Shown here in pieces: positions 1 to 12,131 of a stretch of DNA of 64,000 nt. How positions within the stretch are numbered: position 1 is the first letter of the stretch; every line of letters starts with the position of its first letter. Source of the DNA: Antedon mediterranea (taxonomy: Eukaryota; Animalia; Echinodermata); assembly GCF_964355755.1 (NCBI RefSeq), contig NC_092678.1:13452352-13516351 (forward strand). Direction: 5' to 3'. The position numbers and the translations under genes were made by a program. The notes beneath the pieces were generated by a model. It was not told the origin of the DNA, did no database searches, and was given only the letters and a program-made list of their open reading frames with translations.

Positions 1-900
1 AAAAAAAATCCTAATACTTCATTTCATTAATTTTTCCATAGTATTTAAAAATATAATTACCGCACATGAAAACATTATAAAAAATAACAAAAGCCTGCAG
101 GATTACCAAAAGCGTTGACGAACACTGTCAAGTGACTCTCACACATATGTTGGTGAGAGGCATAGGGTAAAAAACAGAAATATTATCTTTTGATACATTT
201 TTGTTTAAAAATGCAACTTTTAAAATGTCTTAGAATATTATATAGAACATCATTATACATAAAAATTTTAATGTATATCATCAAAGATACGATTTGATTT
301 AAAGTTAATTAATTTAATTATTCGACAAATGCAAATTACGGTTGAACAGCTGAACATTCTCTGAAGAGCGAACTGCGGGGACACTAATAATAAGTAGTAT
401 CAATAAAACATTATATTACTTCTGAGACTTTTGAAAGTAATTATTAAATTTGAAATATTATTAATTAAAATGATTTTAATGATCATCGCTATGTAAACAA
501 ACACAATAGAGGGCGACAATTACTGGTATTAGTGACAAAAAAATGAACCAAAAACTAGTCTGACACTTTCTTTCTGCTGATTTTGTCTCGTTGCTTGCAG
601 GTCTGGTTGATGAATGAAAATGGAATTAAAGTTTAGAAAATTAGTAGATATTAGGAAAGAACCTTACCTGGATGATACTCTACTACAGATACATTCATAT
701 CACATGTGACGCATATGCAATAGGCCATAAGCTTATATTAAAAAAAATAATAATTTCGCTTCTACAAACACACACGCAATCGCTACAAATTGCGGCAAAC
801 TATAAAAAAAACGACCATCAGCAAGAACTATAACCATACCCTACTACAGGTGCCACGACACTCTTTTATCAGGGAAGAGTTAAATTAATCAATTAATAAG

Positions 901-1602
901 AAAATGCGAAACATCCTCGTATTATTGTGTGCGGGTATTTTTCAAGATGGATATCCATTAGACAGTGTATAAACCTAAATTCGTTTTAATTGTCAATAAC
1001 TAATTATCTAACTCAATTTAATTAGTAAACAGGATTACATCAGGTGGTTAAAATCAGTAACGAAAGTACGAAACCAACTTTATATACCATCGAGTAAACA
1101 TTCTAGAAATAACGCACGATTTAGAGAATTTTGCCCTTACGTAAATTTAAATAAAGATGAGATTTATGGCTACTTTCTTTCTTAGACAAACAATTAAAAT
1201 TGGTAAAACTAGATGGTTTTGGAATACAATAGAACCCACGTGGAAATTTTGGGAAACTAAACAAAATCTGAAGTGTCCACTTAATTGGGGTATTCGGAAA
1301 TAAAGACAAAATGACGAATACTGGATACCATAAAGAACAATTAATTGATGTGGATTCAAGAAATTGAGAAGAAATGGAAATTTAACTACGGAGATTGGGC
1401 GGCATGGGGTGGCGGTGATGAAACCGCAGTAATAAAGTTGATTGTTTTATACAGCATAAGAACCACACTAAATAAATACAGTAAGACATTCGGTGATCGG
1501 AAACGCTAGCTCTAATTTAGTAACAAGTTTAAGTGTAGTCTACCTCTAATAAGGATTGTCAAACAGTTTCTAAATATTCAGAGCTAATCATCGGTTGCTG
1601 TG
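901..1602 (+). repeat. Dispersed non-coding repeat or segmental duplication. Paralogs lie at 39481-39692 plus 51293-51362 (same strand, split by the Gypsy insertion) and at about 18061-18430 (inverted).
   Basis: Long near-identical strings, e.g. AAAATGCGAA(A/G)CATCCTCGTATTATTGT and AACCTAAATTCGTTTTAATTGTCAATAACTAATTATCTAACTCAATTTAATTAGTAAACAGG. 1215-1602 matches the reverse complement of 18061-18430. Confidence 0.85.
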
Positions 1603-1720
1603 CACAGCTGTTTTAACCAATGTAAAATAAATAGAAAAAGTCAAGCTCCCTCAATATTGTCAGACGGCGATATGTGCCTAGTGTGTGACGCCGCGCGAGT
1701 GGTTGAATCTCGTTCAACTT
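1603..1720 (+). mobile_element. Left terminus of a second Chapaev-like DNA transposon copy; its partner end was not found
   Basis: CACAGCTGTT-N20-AGAAAAAGTCAAGCTCCCTC has the same spacing as the left end at 25091. It begins exactly where homology to the empty paralog at 18061 stops. Confidence 0.7.
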
Positions 1721-2107
1721 TCGCGACATTTGCAACTTTTATAACTACACTTTAAATTAATTTAATCAATTTCGTCATAAATATTATAAAACCATTTTTA
1801 TACTATTTGTTATAAAATAAGTTTTTTAATTACCGATTTTTTTTTTTGGAAATACAGTCGACCTTCTCATTTACGTACCCCTTGGTCTGAGAGGCGTTCG
1901 TAAATGAAAAAGTTCGTAAATGAGAAGGTTCGGAAAAAAGCGCCCTCTATTAAATCAGTGGTAAAAACATACCCAAACAAATGCCCTATGTAAAACTTAC
2001 TGTGTATAGTACAGTATAAAGAACAAACAGTAAAAAAAATACAGTATAAAACAATTAAATCTAACATGTAAATTAACACCTTAACTGCCAAAAAGATTGA
2101 TATTTCT

Positions 2108-2370
2108 GGTTACGTCGCTGTGGAGGTTACACCATTGTTGGCGGTTACGTTGCTGTGAAGGTTACGCCATTGTTGGTGGTTACGTTGCTGTGGAGGTTAC
2201 GCCATTGTTGGTGGTTACGTTGCTGTGGAGGTTACACCATTGTTGGTGGTTACGTGCTGTGGGAGGTTACACCATTGTTGGTGGTTACGAGCATGTTGGA
2301 GGTTACGCCGTTGTTGGTGGTTACGCTACTATTGGAAGTTACGTCATTACTGGTGGTTACGCTGTTGTTT
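2108..2370 (+). repeat. Minisatellite with a period of about 35 bp, built from alternating 17- and 18-bp GGTTAC-headed subunits
   Basis: GGTTACGTTGCTGTGGA and GGTTACGCCATTGTTGGT alternate about 7 times and degenerate toward the 3' end. Confidence 0.9.
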
Positions 2371-2569
2371 CAAGTCCGACGTAATAGCAGAACTAATCTA
2401 ATTAATTATTTTAATCGGTTGTTACCAATAATTTGGAATCATAGAAGAATAAAGGAGGTCACTCCAGAAATTGTAATTGATTTGTTTGTTTCATTCGAGT
2501 GTGCCGTGGTACCGCAGATCCCTCACCCCAAAAGGGAACGAACCCGAGTATAGATTTAACATTAATTCT

Positions 2570-2850
2570 ACAACTGAGGACTAGTGCTGTTCCGACGTAC
2601 CACGCCGAGAATGTTAAACAGTCGCTTTCCAATCGAGTTTGAACAATACCATGAAAGCCCCAGTGGTCTAATGGTTAGGACATCTCCATATCAAGTAGGC
2701 GGTCCGAGTTCGAGCCTCGGTTGGGGCGACTTTTTCTCATTCTCACAGATTTCCTCATCTTTATCCTTTCAAATTAATTAATTAAATTTCAGTATATCAC
2801 CGGGCGGTTTAGAATTAATGTTCTTTGCCTGATTTGTTATATATTATATT
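2570..2850 (+). repeat. Interspersed repeat containing a tRNA-derived module (2657-2728); second copy at 38073-38300
   Basis: The cloverleaf has acceptor stem GCCCCAG/TTGGGGC, T-arm CCGAG-TTCGAGC-CTCGG and A-box TGGTCTAATGG. About 90 bp of upstream flank and the 3' GAATTAAT..TTGCCTGAT tail are shared with the 38073 copy. Confidence 0.75.
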
Positions 2851-2864
2851 TATATATTATATAT

Positions 2865-2867
<3 letters not shown>

Positions 2868-2926
<59 letters not shown>
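2868..2926. repeat. (TA)n microsatellite
   Basis: Direct reading; further (TA)n tracts at about 4408-4480 and 8296-8338. Confidence 0.95.
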
Positions 2927-2930
<4 letters not shown>

Positions 2931-3710
2931 CCAAAGGCAAACTACTAAAAAAAATGACAATGCTGTGGGTATCAGTGGCTGGATCTCAATGGAGATACAA
3001 AAATAAAAAGCGAAAAGCTAAATCAAAACGATAAAGTAAACAGCCAGAAAAGTTAGCAGAGCTTTTGGGCAACACTAGCCCTTCATCAGTGCAAGTGAAG
3101 GAATTTGGATAACGTCATAGTATAAAGCTGGAAAGTGCTGCCTGGGTGGACAGGAATAAAAGAAATATAACAAAGGGAGCCAGGGTGGAGTCTGAATAAG
3201 AGTAGAAAACAAAGAAGGTAGCTTGGTAGAGATATAAACAATTTTGGAATGAGATTAAAAACAGCTTAAATGGTGGTTAATATTGAAACTTAAAATTTTG
3301 TAGTCAATGGAAAAATTATACCGATTTTTGGCTGACGTGGTTTGTACGTCAGTATTTGACATCGAGGAATATCTTTTGCTTTCGTTATAGCAGTTTCGAT
3401 GTATTCCTTCTTGTAATTTCTATTCCGGAGATGTCCGGTTAGTTCTTCGGTACGATTCTGAAAATCTAAATCTGAAGAACAGATACGTCTGATGCGTAAT
3501 GCTTGACTGTACGGTATATTTTTAGTACAGTTTCGGGGGTGACAACTGCTAGGGAGCAGGTACATATTTTTATCCGTAGGTTTACGGAATAGGTCAGTTT
3601 TGAGTGTACCATTTTTTATGGTCACTATAGTGTCCAAAAAATCAACGCTACTAGCGGATTTGGTAGCTGTAAATTTGATAGTTGTGTGGGCTGAATTAAT
3701 ATTGAGATAA
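2927..3710 (-). mobile_element. Penelope-like retroelement fragment: RT C-terminal/thumb region joined to a pseudo-LTR
   Basis: ORF 3290-3775(-) contains FLD, TDLFRKPTDKNMYL, SSCHP and IPYSQALRIRRICS, typical of PLE RT. About 2995-3320 is the reverse complement of the pLTR at about 7890-8216. Confidence 0.9.
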
Positions 3711-4405
3711 GAAAACATAATATTGAGATATAAATATATTGTTATTAGCTGATATGGTTGTAGCATAACAAACAAAACGTTAATACATTCTCAACCATAC
3801 TTTTCATTTTGTAGTGTAGGCCCTACCGCAAACGTAACTTTACTAGCGACATGTATAAAGTTTAACATCCGTACATTTTTATAAAAACCATTTTAATTTG
3901 CTGGTACAATTAAGTGCCGTATAAACTACGCTTATATATATTAAAAACATAATTAGCATTATTCATCATTTTGCATGACATTTATGATAGTGATTACATT
4001 TAACTTCCTTCCTCTACATATTCCTGAATACCTCATGTTTCTTATGTGCGGGTTGTGTCCTACATTTGTTGTATATCAAAATATATATGTGATAAAAATA
4101 TAAACCACAAAATTAAGATTATTTTCTGCATAAAATACGTAAAGTAAAAAGCTTGAAAGTAAATTGATGCGTGCATAAACTGTAAAAATTGCAGTGTAGT
4201 GTTTGGAAAAGAATACATGTACACAAATTGAAGTAACTAGTGGGTTTACCCGAATGGTCCTCGACAACATGACCAACGCCTCTGGAAATCGAGGCCCGGT
4301 TGACACCTATGGATATGACTGATGCGTAATTGGTACTAATCATAAGAACTTAAGATGCAAATAATATAATTGTTAAGAACAGTATACGTATAATATACAT
4401 ATTAC

Positions 4406-4482
<77 letters not shown>

Positions 4483-4839
4483 CTCTCATGAAAGCCATAA
4501 TTTGGGCAGTCACCTTTGCGGCAAATCTTGCCAAACTTGTTCATTAGTTGATTCTACTGAAAAATTTGAGAGTAACCAAACTGGCCGCATTTTTCGGATA
4601 AGACAATCAATTAATTGTCTAACCAAAAACGTCATTTATCTCATATACTGTAATATTTGTGGCAAACAGTACGTCGGAGAAACTAAAAACACTCTCCGTA
4701 TGAGAATGACACAACATAGATCAGCTATCAAAACATTAAAGCTTGATCAACCTGTAGCCGAACATTTTAATTCAGCTGGTCACTCGATTGCAAATTTCAG
4801 AGTTATTGCAATAGACCACGATGTCAAGTGGAGCGACAA

Positions 4840-7802
4840 TAGTCCAGTCCCTAAGGGGAGAAAAAGGGGTGGGATGTTACCAGACTGGATACAAATTTTT
4901 CAATATAGCAGTTTGGTAGAGTATAGTGTGGAGATGCCAAAACAAAGTTACTGGAAATCTGATTTGACCTCTGTGACCTCTGACCTCAATTTATATATTT
5001 TTCTATTATATAACTAAAAATCGCCATATCTTGACAACGCAGGGACATTTTACATTTATTTTTTTTTTTAAAATGCTTGGAAGATATATATTTATATTCG
5101 CTATAATGAAAAAAATTGTACAAAAATAGCCGCAAAGGCTTTATTTTTCAGTTTGACCTTTGACCTTGATGGCCTAATATCTCAATAACACGCAATCTCA
5201 GAGATTTGAGAATGGGCTCAAACTGTTAAGAAAATAAATCTAATATTTAATCTAATAGAAACTTTTTAAAAAAAATTACCATAAATTAAGCTTTTTTGAC
5301 CCTTGACCTCTAATGTTTGAATATGTCAATATCTCGGTAACTATTTGTCTTAAAAAGTTCAGTTTGTTGTCAAATTGTTTAGAATATACACATTTATATT
5401 TGCTCTAACAAAATATTTTGTCAGAATTCAATTGAAAATGTCATTTTGAGCTATGACCCATCGTTTTGCATATATTTAGCAATTAATAATCTATAAAAAG
5501 AGATCGAGAGAGGGGAGGGGGTTGGGGTGGATGGAGAGACACATATTTTTGTTACATGTTACACAAATGTTAAACTCTGTCTACACTATAACATTTTTAT
5601 GCGACAAAAAAATGTTATGTGCCCATATATGGACACGATGAATGACATATCACTACCATATTTGGGCACATCACACCTTTTTTGTTAAACTAGTTTATAG
5701 TGTAGACAAACATGTAAAAAATATGTGTCTCTCCATCAACCCAACCACCTCCCCCTCTCTCGCTTTTCCAATGCTACTGCATGCATCTATACACATCAAA
5801 ATGGCCGGAATTGTACTGGAAAGTTTTTAGCTACATTTGAAAATAAGTCCCAGAGGATGGGTGTATTGTAATGTTATCAGAATTATGGCAATTGTTTGTA
5901 ATGGGAAAGTTTTAAAACTACATTTGAAATGTTTGCTAATAATATCACATGCTATTAAAGATATACTTATTTTCCCCCTGAAAAAAGTAATTTTGACAAA
6001 TATTTTTGTTGAATATGCAATTTTAATGTCACACATAATAGTTTCACCAAAATTGGATTGAAAAAAAAATGATATAGTGCATACCCAAAAAAAACTGTTA
6101 TTCAAAGCAAAAAATAGGCTGGAAGTCAATGTGATTTTGGTTAAATTAACTGTTTATTTTGTCTTTAAAGTGATATTTACTCTATTTTTTAGATTAGCTC
6201 TTTGATTAAACACCTCTTCCAATGCAGCGAAGATCTTAAGTGTCGCCTTGTCTTACTAATCTTCCTTAACTTCTTTTTGAACGATCGTAATCAATATTTG
6301 TTGAGGTATAATATTTCCCTCTAATATGGTAATGTTTTATTGAGTCAAATGCTTTCTGATAATCTCTAAATCAAAGATTTGGTGATATTCATTTCCTTTT
6401 TATTTTAGTTGATTGACAAACTGTATAAGATGGTCCTACTGTATAAAGCCTTATATATTGGTTTATTTACTTCTAGTCGGTCTCTGATTTTGTTTTTTGA
6501 TTACTTTTGTAAATTATTTGTGTACATGTGATAATGTTCGTTTGGTCGGTAATGGTTGATGTCAGTTTTGTCATGTTTTTGTGGATTAAAGTATAATTAT
6601 CATTGCTTCTCTTAATTTCTTCTGGTTTCAAAGATTTTGTTGTATAGTGTTATGAGCTGGATGTGTTATTGCCTCATCAAGCCAAGATGGTAATTTTGAC
6701 TGCTCACTGGTTTGTTTTCCTTTTATATTCCACTACAGTATGTTCTTGAAAAAAATCAGCTTTGTAATTAATTTGTCTTTGATCCTTTTCAGATTTCTAA
6801 TATTTTAAACATATGTTTTTCTTTTCTTCGCTTTTTCCTCACTGTTTCAAACATTTTATTTTTTCAGCATACTTTAAGTAATTAATTGATAATTAGGTCA
6901 TATGTTTTATGAGTAATAAATCGCATTGGTTAATTCTTCTTTTCTTTCTTTAAGATCCTGATTTTTTTTTTTTTTTTAATGTTATTTAACTTTTAAGTTT
7001 ATCTAATTTTTTGTTGATATTAAGTGTTGCTCTTACGGTGTAGGCCTACCATGCGATGGAATTATATATTGAAATTAAATTAAACATTAAGTTTTAAGAA
7101 AATTGTAAAAGGCTAAATAGGATATTGAATGTAGTTCTGGTCCATTAAATCTATATTTTAGGTATATTATTATAAGTATGACACACGCACGCTTAACAGT
7201 ATATCCTGGTCATACCTCAAACTGGCATTTCCAGTAAAAATATGATAACATCTTCTATTAGAGCTAATATAAATGTTTACATTTTGAACATTTTGACACC
7301 AAGTTGAACTTTTTATGACATTTGGTTACAGAGATAGACATATTTAAACATTAAAGGTCAAAGGTCAGTAAATGACATTTCCTGTGCATTTGGAAGAACA
7401 TGTTTAATTAGAGTATATATAAATATGTATGCTCTTAACAATTTGAAACAAATTTCAAGAAATTTTGACCAGTAGTTATTGAGATATAGTAAGCCGAGGT
7501 CAAAGGTCAAAACATTGAGAATTTACATTTCCGGTCGTTTTTTTGAAAAAAGTTCTATTAGAGCGAATATAAATATGTACCCTCTGATCTATTTGACACC
7601 AATATCATTTCAATTGTCAAACCCGTTGCGGAGATATGGCTGTTTAAGATAGAAATATAAAAATTGAGGTCAGAGGTCACAGAGGTCAAATCAGATTTCC
7701 AGTAACTTTGTTTTGGTATCTCCATATCATGTTCTATCAACATGCCAAAGGGCACACTTGTATCCACTATGGTAACATCATTTCCCCTTAGGGACTGGAC
7801 TA
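4840..7802. mobile_element. Non-autonomous DNA transposon with long TIRs and a 3-bp TSD (CAA), Academ-like
   Basis: Termini are TAGTCCAGTCCCTAAGGGGA ... TCCCCTTAGGGACTGGACTA, with imperfect inverted homology extending several hundred bp. Removing the element and one CAA restores the PLE codons GAC AAA ACT CGC. TAG termini, long TIRs and a 3-bp TSD fit Academ. Confidence 0.75.
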
Positions 7803-8120
7803 CAAAACTCGCAAAGACAAAGAAAACCACTGGGAATTACTACTTAAAACCACAAAACCTTTTTAACATTAGGAACATACTCCCAGATCGGTAAAATTAT
7901 ACCATTGACTACCAAAATTTAAGTTTCAATATTAACCACCATTTAAGCTGTTTTTTAGTCTCATTCCAAAATTGTTTATATCTCTACCAAGCTACCTTCT
8001 TTGTTTTCCACTCTTATTCAGACTCCACCCTGGCTCCCTTTGTTATATTTCTTTTATTCCTGTCCACCCAGGCAGCACTTGCTAGCTTTATACTCTGACG
8101 TTATCCAAATTCCTTCACTT

Positions 8121-8157
8121 GCACTGATGAAGGTCTAGTGTTGCCCGAAAGCTCTGC
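8121..8157 (+). ncRNA. Minimal type I hammerhead ribozyme motif in the Penelope pLTR; other copies at about 3056-3093(-), 8259-8296(-) and 51381-51415(+)
   Basis: gca-CTGATGA-a-GG(T/G)C-tagtgtt-GCCC-GAAA-gc-TC-tgc: core CUGAUGA/GAAA, stem II, palindromic AGCU stem III and a 3-bp stem I. Confidence 0.8.
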
Positions 8158-8291
8158 TAACTTTTCTAGCTGTTTACTTTATCGTTTTGATTTAGCTTTT
8201 CGCTTTTTATTTTTGTAAAGCTAAATCAAAACGATAAAGTAAACAGCCAGAAAAGTTAGCAGAGCTTTCGGGAAACACTAGCCCTTCATCA

Positions 8292-8342
<51 letters not shown>

Positions 8343-8680
8343 CTTAACGTTACACACAGGAGGAAACCGTTAATAGGAGTAATAAATCACTGAAACAGTC
8401 TCTAACGTGACCGTACCAAGAGACCAAAAGTATAGTTTATCAAAGTGGGAGACAGCGAGCGGGGCTTTAACATTTGTATCACAATATATTATGACAACAA
8501 CATCTTGTTAAATTTTTGAACAAAATGATCAAATAAAAACTGTCGTAGCCTACTTATATATCGGTTGTAGTAGACGCCATTTATAATTATAAATATAGCA
8601 AGCAACAGAAATAATCGATAATATAAATTTAAACAGTAAAGGTGTTTCACTGGTAGGCCTACCAGGCCTTCTAAAGTAAC

Positions 8681-9110
8681 AATGAATCGCACCTAAATTT
8701 GATTAAATGATTAATAAATAGCATAAATAATAATTAATTCAATTAGCCTCCTAACATTGAATCGCACCTAAATTTGATAAGATGATTAGTAAATAGCATA
8801 AATAATTAGTTAAACTACTAAAACAAATTGTATTTCACGTAAAGTAACGGCCTTTATAATTGATAGTTGAATATCTAAAACAAATAAATTGTAGTTCACG
8901 ATTCAGTTGAATCACTAAAATCACATTGTAGTTCACGTAAAAGTAAAAACCTTCAATATTAGTTAAATTACTAAAACAAATTGTAGTTCACATAAATTAA
9001 ATGCCTTTAATCAATATAATTGATTAGTTGAATATCTAAAAACAAATAAAATGCAGTAGGCCTAGTTAACGATACGTTGAAACACACTAAAATATTTGTA
9101 GTTAAATTTG
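8681..9110 (+). repeat. AT-rich degenerate tandem repeats (a duplication of about 75 bp, then units of about 55 bp with TAGTT(A/G)AA..CTAAAACAAATTGTAGTTCAC)
   Basis: TGAATCGCACCTAAATTTGAT occurs twice, and the CTAAAACAAA..TTGTAGTTCAC motif recurs. Confidence 0.7.
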
Positions 9111-10188
9111 AATGTCGCCACCAACGGTAATTTTGCCGGAAGTGACGGACCTGGAAGCCAGTTGAACAACAGCGCGAGTGTGTGAAAATATCCCTTTGAT
9201 ATCCACAAATGTCGGTAGGTAACGCTAAATTCTGTCGTTGTAAAAGACAAAAATGGAACAATAGCGTAGACCTATACTCTGCTTCAAGAAAGTGATAAAT
9301 AAACAAATGGGTTTTTAATGGGCCAAAAAGCCCCCTTAACCCTGCCACACTCTATCGAAAGAAGATGGACTATGGCGATTCAAGGTAAATCAAGGTAAAT
9401 CAAGGTACTGAAAACTTAGTCCGGTGGCAGGAGGGAGGAATCACCACCCGAAAGGAGACAAATTGCCATCCAACTTTTCTAAACCAGAATTTTCTGTAGA
9501 TTACGAATATGGAAGGATAGGAAGCGTTTTCGAGATATAAGGGGTCAAAGTTCAAAATTTACCAATTACAACAATGTATTATGTATATGTATTATAACAA
9601 ATTTATTGAAGCACAATTTGGTCTTTTATTACATTTTTATGATTATAAGTGTCAAACAATCTTTTGTAATTAAGGGTCAAATGTCAATATTGACCAATCA
9701 TAGAACGTTCCTATAAAACCAAATAAAAACTTATATTTAATAAAAATTGGATGTTTTCTCATCCTGTTAATCAATCATACGCAATGTAAAAGAGCGAGTA
9801 CATCATTTCATCAGTTGACATAAGGTCAATTTCATCAGTTGACAAGTAATCAAATTATTTGATTAGTAAGCTAGACCCGATATTGTCCTGATTGATGGAA
9901 TATAATATAATGCTAAAGCGAGCATTCTAAAGACGAAATTGAGTGCAATACATCATTCTTGAAATATATTCCCTGGAATATTCTATCAGTGGCATCATCG
10001 AACCTTGCTTTAATATAATTCTTAGTGGTCAAAAGTTGTCGAGGTCCTCACTTGGGGGCATTGTGCATGAGTAAAATTGTATAATTGTACAATCCAATGT
10101 TCGAGGTACATATTCCAGTGTAGAAGGTTTGGAAAGTGGTCTTCCCTACCTCTTTCATTCTATTTTCGTGGGAAATGTGCAACCCTAT

Positions 10189-10691
10189 TGTTACGACCAC
10201 TTTTGACTTTGGTCGAAATACCTAAATAACAACAGCAAGGTTTGGAACAAAAAATATAGCCAACACACAAAGTACTATGCAAGAAGCACGAGCTCCATTT
10301 AATTTCCGTTTCCGATGCATTACATAACAACAAAACTATAATATTACAACAATACGAATGATACCGAGTAGTGGTTCACCTAGGCATCCGTACATTCCAA
10401 TCACAACGTTTTCATTTCATTGTTCTTGCGTCCTGCCTCGCTTCCAGTCTCGAACACAGTTCACTTTAAGTTTTTATTACACAGACCACAGCCCCATATC
10501 TACTGTCTTATTTCCTCTCCGGATAGCCTACCATCTTCGACTTGTACCGTCTCGTGAGTCCCTTGTTCTCTCGTCTCGAACACCCAGCACAGCTTTACAA
10601 AAAGATCCCGCACATCTCAACTCTCAATAATTATTATTCCTCTGCGTCTGCGTTTTCATGTGACGAATGATTACTATCGTCACACGTAACA
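10189..10691. mobile_element. Solo LTR (503 bp), Gypsy-type
   Basis: TGTTACG...CGTAACA inverted termini flanked by a 4-bp CTAT direct repeat (10185-10188 and 10692-10695). Confidence 0.8.
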
Positions 10692-10966
10692 CTATGAACA
10701 TCCTGCAGATGTATTTGTCCGCCAGAGTGAGGACTTTGATAATTTCTGTTCTTAAGTAAACCCTTTTATATTTAAATATATAGATTTATATATATATATT
10801 TGTGCCTTGCTATGCCCCTTTTTCTTTGGTTAGTCCTTTCTTAAGGTAAGGATCCTAGGTTTTTATTTTCTTATTTTATTGTATTCCTAATGTTTGCCTT
10901 TTGTTTTATTGAATAAAAGTGGTATAATAAAAATATATTAAAAATATTCATCTTTTAAATTGTTAT

Positions 10967-11255
10967 TATCATCATCATCATCATAATCAGTCGGCTGCGG
11001 AGCAGGCGACTACAAGCTTTCTCCAGCCACAACGGTCCTTGGCTAACTCTGACAGCTTATCAGTTGTAATCATGCCTCCTTCATCCCCTAAAAGCTGTTG
11101 GATGTATCTCAGAAAGTTGATTTTCTGCCTTCCTCGTTTCTTTTCCCATGTTGAGGAACATACAGAGCGTACTCTTTGCATGGTTCGTCATCAGGCATTC
11201 GAAGCTGATACTGATTGCAATAATTGTTTTTATTTATTCAAGATTTATATTTTGA
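10967..11255 (-). mobile_element. 5'-truncated RTE-like LINE 3' end with a (TGA)n tail
   Basis: The ORF ends RGRQK...LAKDRCGWRKLVVACSAAD*, the RTE-type C-terminus, followed by (TGA)n. A candidate TSD TTTAAATTGTTAT lies at 10954-10966 and 11256-11268. Confidence 0.75.
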
Positions 11256-11726
11256 TTTAAATTGTTATGTAAAGAGAATATAAATTTGAAACATTGATTA
11301 AATTTCAAAATTTAAATGGAAGCAAGAATCATTTTAGGTGTTTTAGAGTACTATAGGCGTAGAGCTAGATCTAAAGCAAAATATATCACAGTTTTGGGCG
11401 AATAATAGTTGTCTTTGATCTAAAACTGACTATTAATAGAACACCCATTATTATGAACAAAATGTATTACAAATAATTGATTAAGTATCAACATCACATA
11501 GTTTTGCAATAATGGCCATGCTAGAAAAAATGTTTATATCGGTCATTACCTTATGTTACTTAAATCGTGCAACTAACCCAAACCTAACCATAGATATCTT
11601 AAAAAGTAGTAGTATTTAACCAAAATTAATATAGGAAAATATAGTGGTACAACAACACGATGTTAAATAAGGGCGTAATTCACTGTTCTATTTAGAATAA
11701 CCGGAAGTATTGTAATAGGGTGGTTC

Positions 11727-12131
11727 TTAACGACGACGCATGTATGTTGTCTTAAAATGATTGTGGTCCCTCATTAAAAACAACTCTCCATTTGCAGTAA
11801 ATCTCGAACACTCAATCATACCTGGCTCATACATGAAGTTTGAATGAAAATGGTGTGATTGTTTTGTCTTTCTTATTTTGGCACGATTATTCTGAAACCA
11901 GTTTCTTACCTCTTCTGGCTTTAATTCAAGTACGATTGCAAAATTGTATACTTCTATTGCAGATAAATATTTCTTTTGAGCAAATCTCCGCTGTAGGTGA
12001 TAAATTTGTTCTTTTGTAAAAGCCACCCGTTGTTTACGTACAGTTTTTTCTTTTTTCTTTAATTGGTACTGTTGTGGGTGTGCGACGGCATCTGTATTAG
12101 ATGGTGCACACTCAATTTGAATGGATTTCAT
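11727..12131 (-). CDS. Divergent ANTP-class (NK-like) homeodomain protein. It is 134 aa from ATG 12131, or a terminal exon from the acceptor at 12163; the homeodomain spans 11862-12041.
   Basis: VRKQRVAFTKEQIYHLQRRFAQKKYLSAIEVYNFAIVLELKPEEVRNWFQNNRAKIRK keeps R5, F8, L16, F20, Y25, W48, F49, Q50, N51 and R53. The frame is open with no stops. Confidence 0.85.
   Translation of the reverse strand: MKSIQIECAPSNTDAVAHPQQYQLKKKEKTVRKQRVAFTKEQIYHLQRRFAQKKYLSAIEVYNFAIVLELKPEEVRNWFQNNRAKIRKTKQSHHFHSNFMYEPGMIECSRFTANGELFLMRDHNHFKTTYMRRR

Larger units (their letters stand above)
4481..8296 (+). mobile_element. Penelope-like element 3' part (Cys-rich linker, GIY-YIG endonuclease, pLTR and a short inverted pLTR), interrupted by an Academ-like element
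   Basis: HLCGKSCQTC linker, then NVIYLIYCNICGKQYVGET..R..QH..HF. The frame resumes after 7805 (KTRKDKENHW). An inverted pLTR copy lies at 8217-8296, and both ends abut (TA)n. Confidence 0.9.

Noticed and set aside
1853-1935. TA-CAGTCGACC start resembling a Tigger/pogo TIR
   Set aside because: No partner TIR or TSD was found, so it cannot be delimited.
2097-2553. Repetitive ORFs (GGY.../EVTPLLVVT...) and a possible CRISPR-like array
   Set aside because: They are translations of a 35-bp minisatellite. There are no unique spacers or cas genes, and the context is eukaryotic.
2657-2728. Functional tRNA gene (also the modules at 38159 and in the array)
   Set aside because: The anticodon stem is mismatched, the ATC anticodon is atypical, and the module is embedded in a repeat; treated as tRNA-derived.
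9130-9180. CCGGAAGTG ETS-like site as a host promoter
   Set aside because: It is a single short motif with no associated gene, amid repeat-derived sequence.
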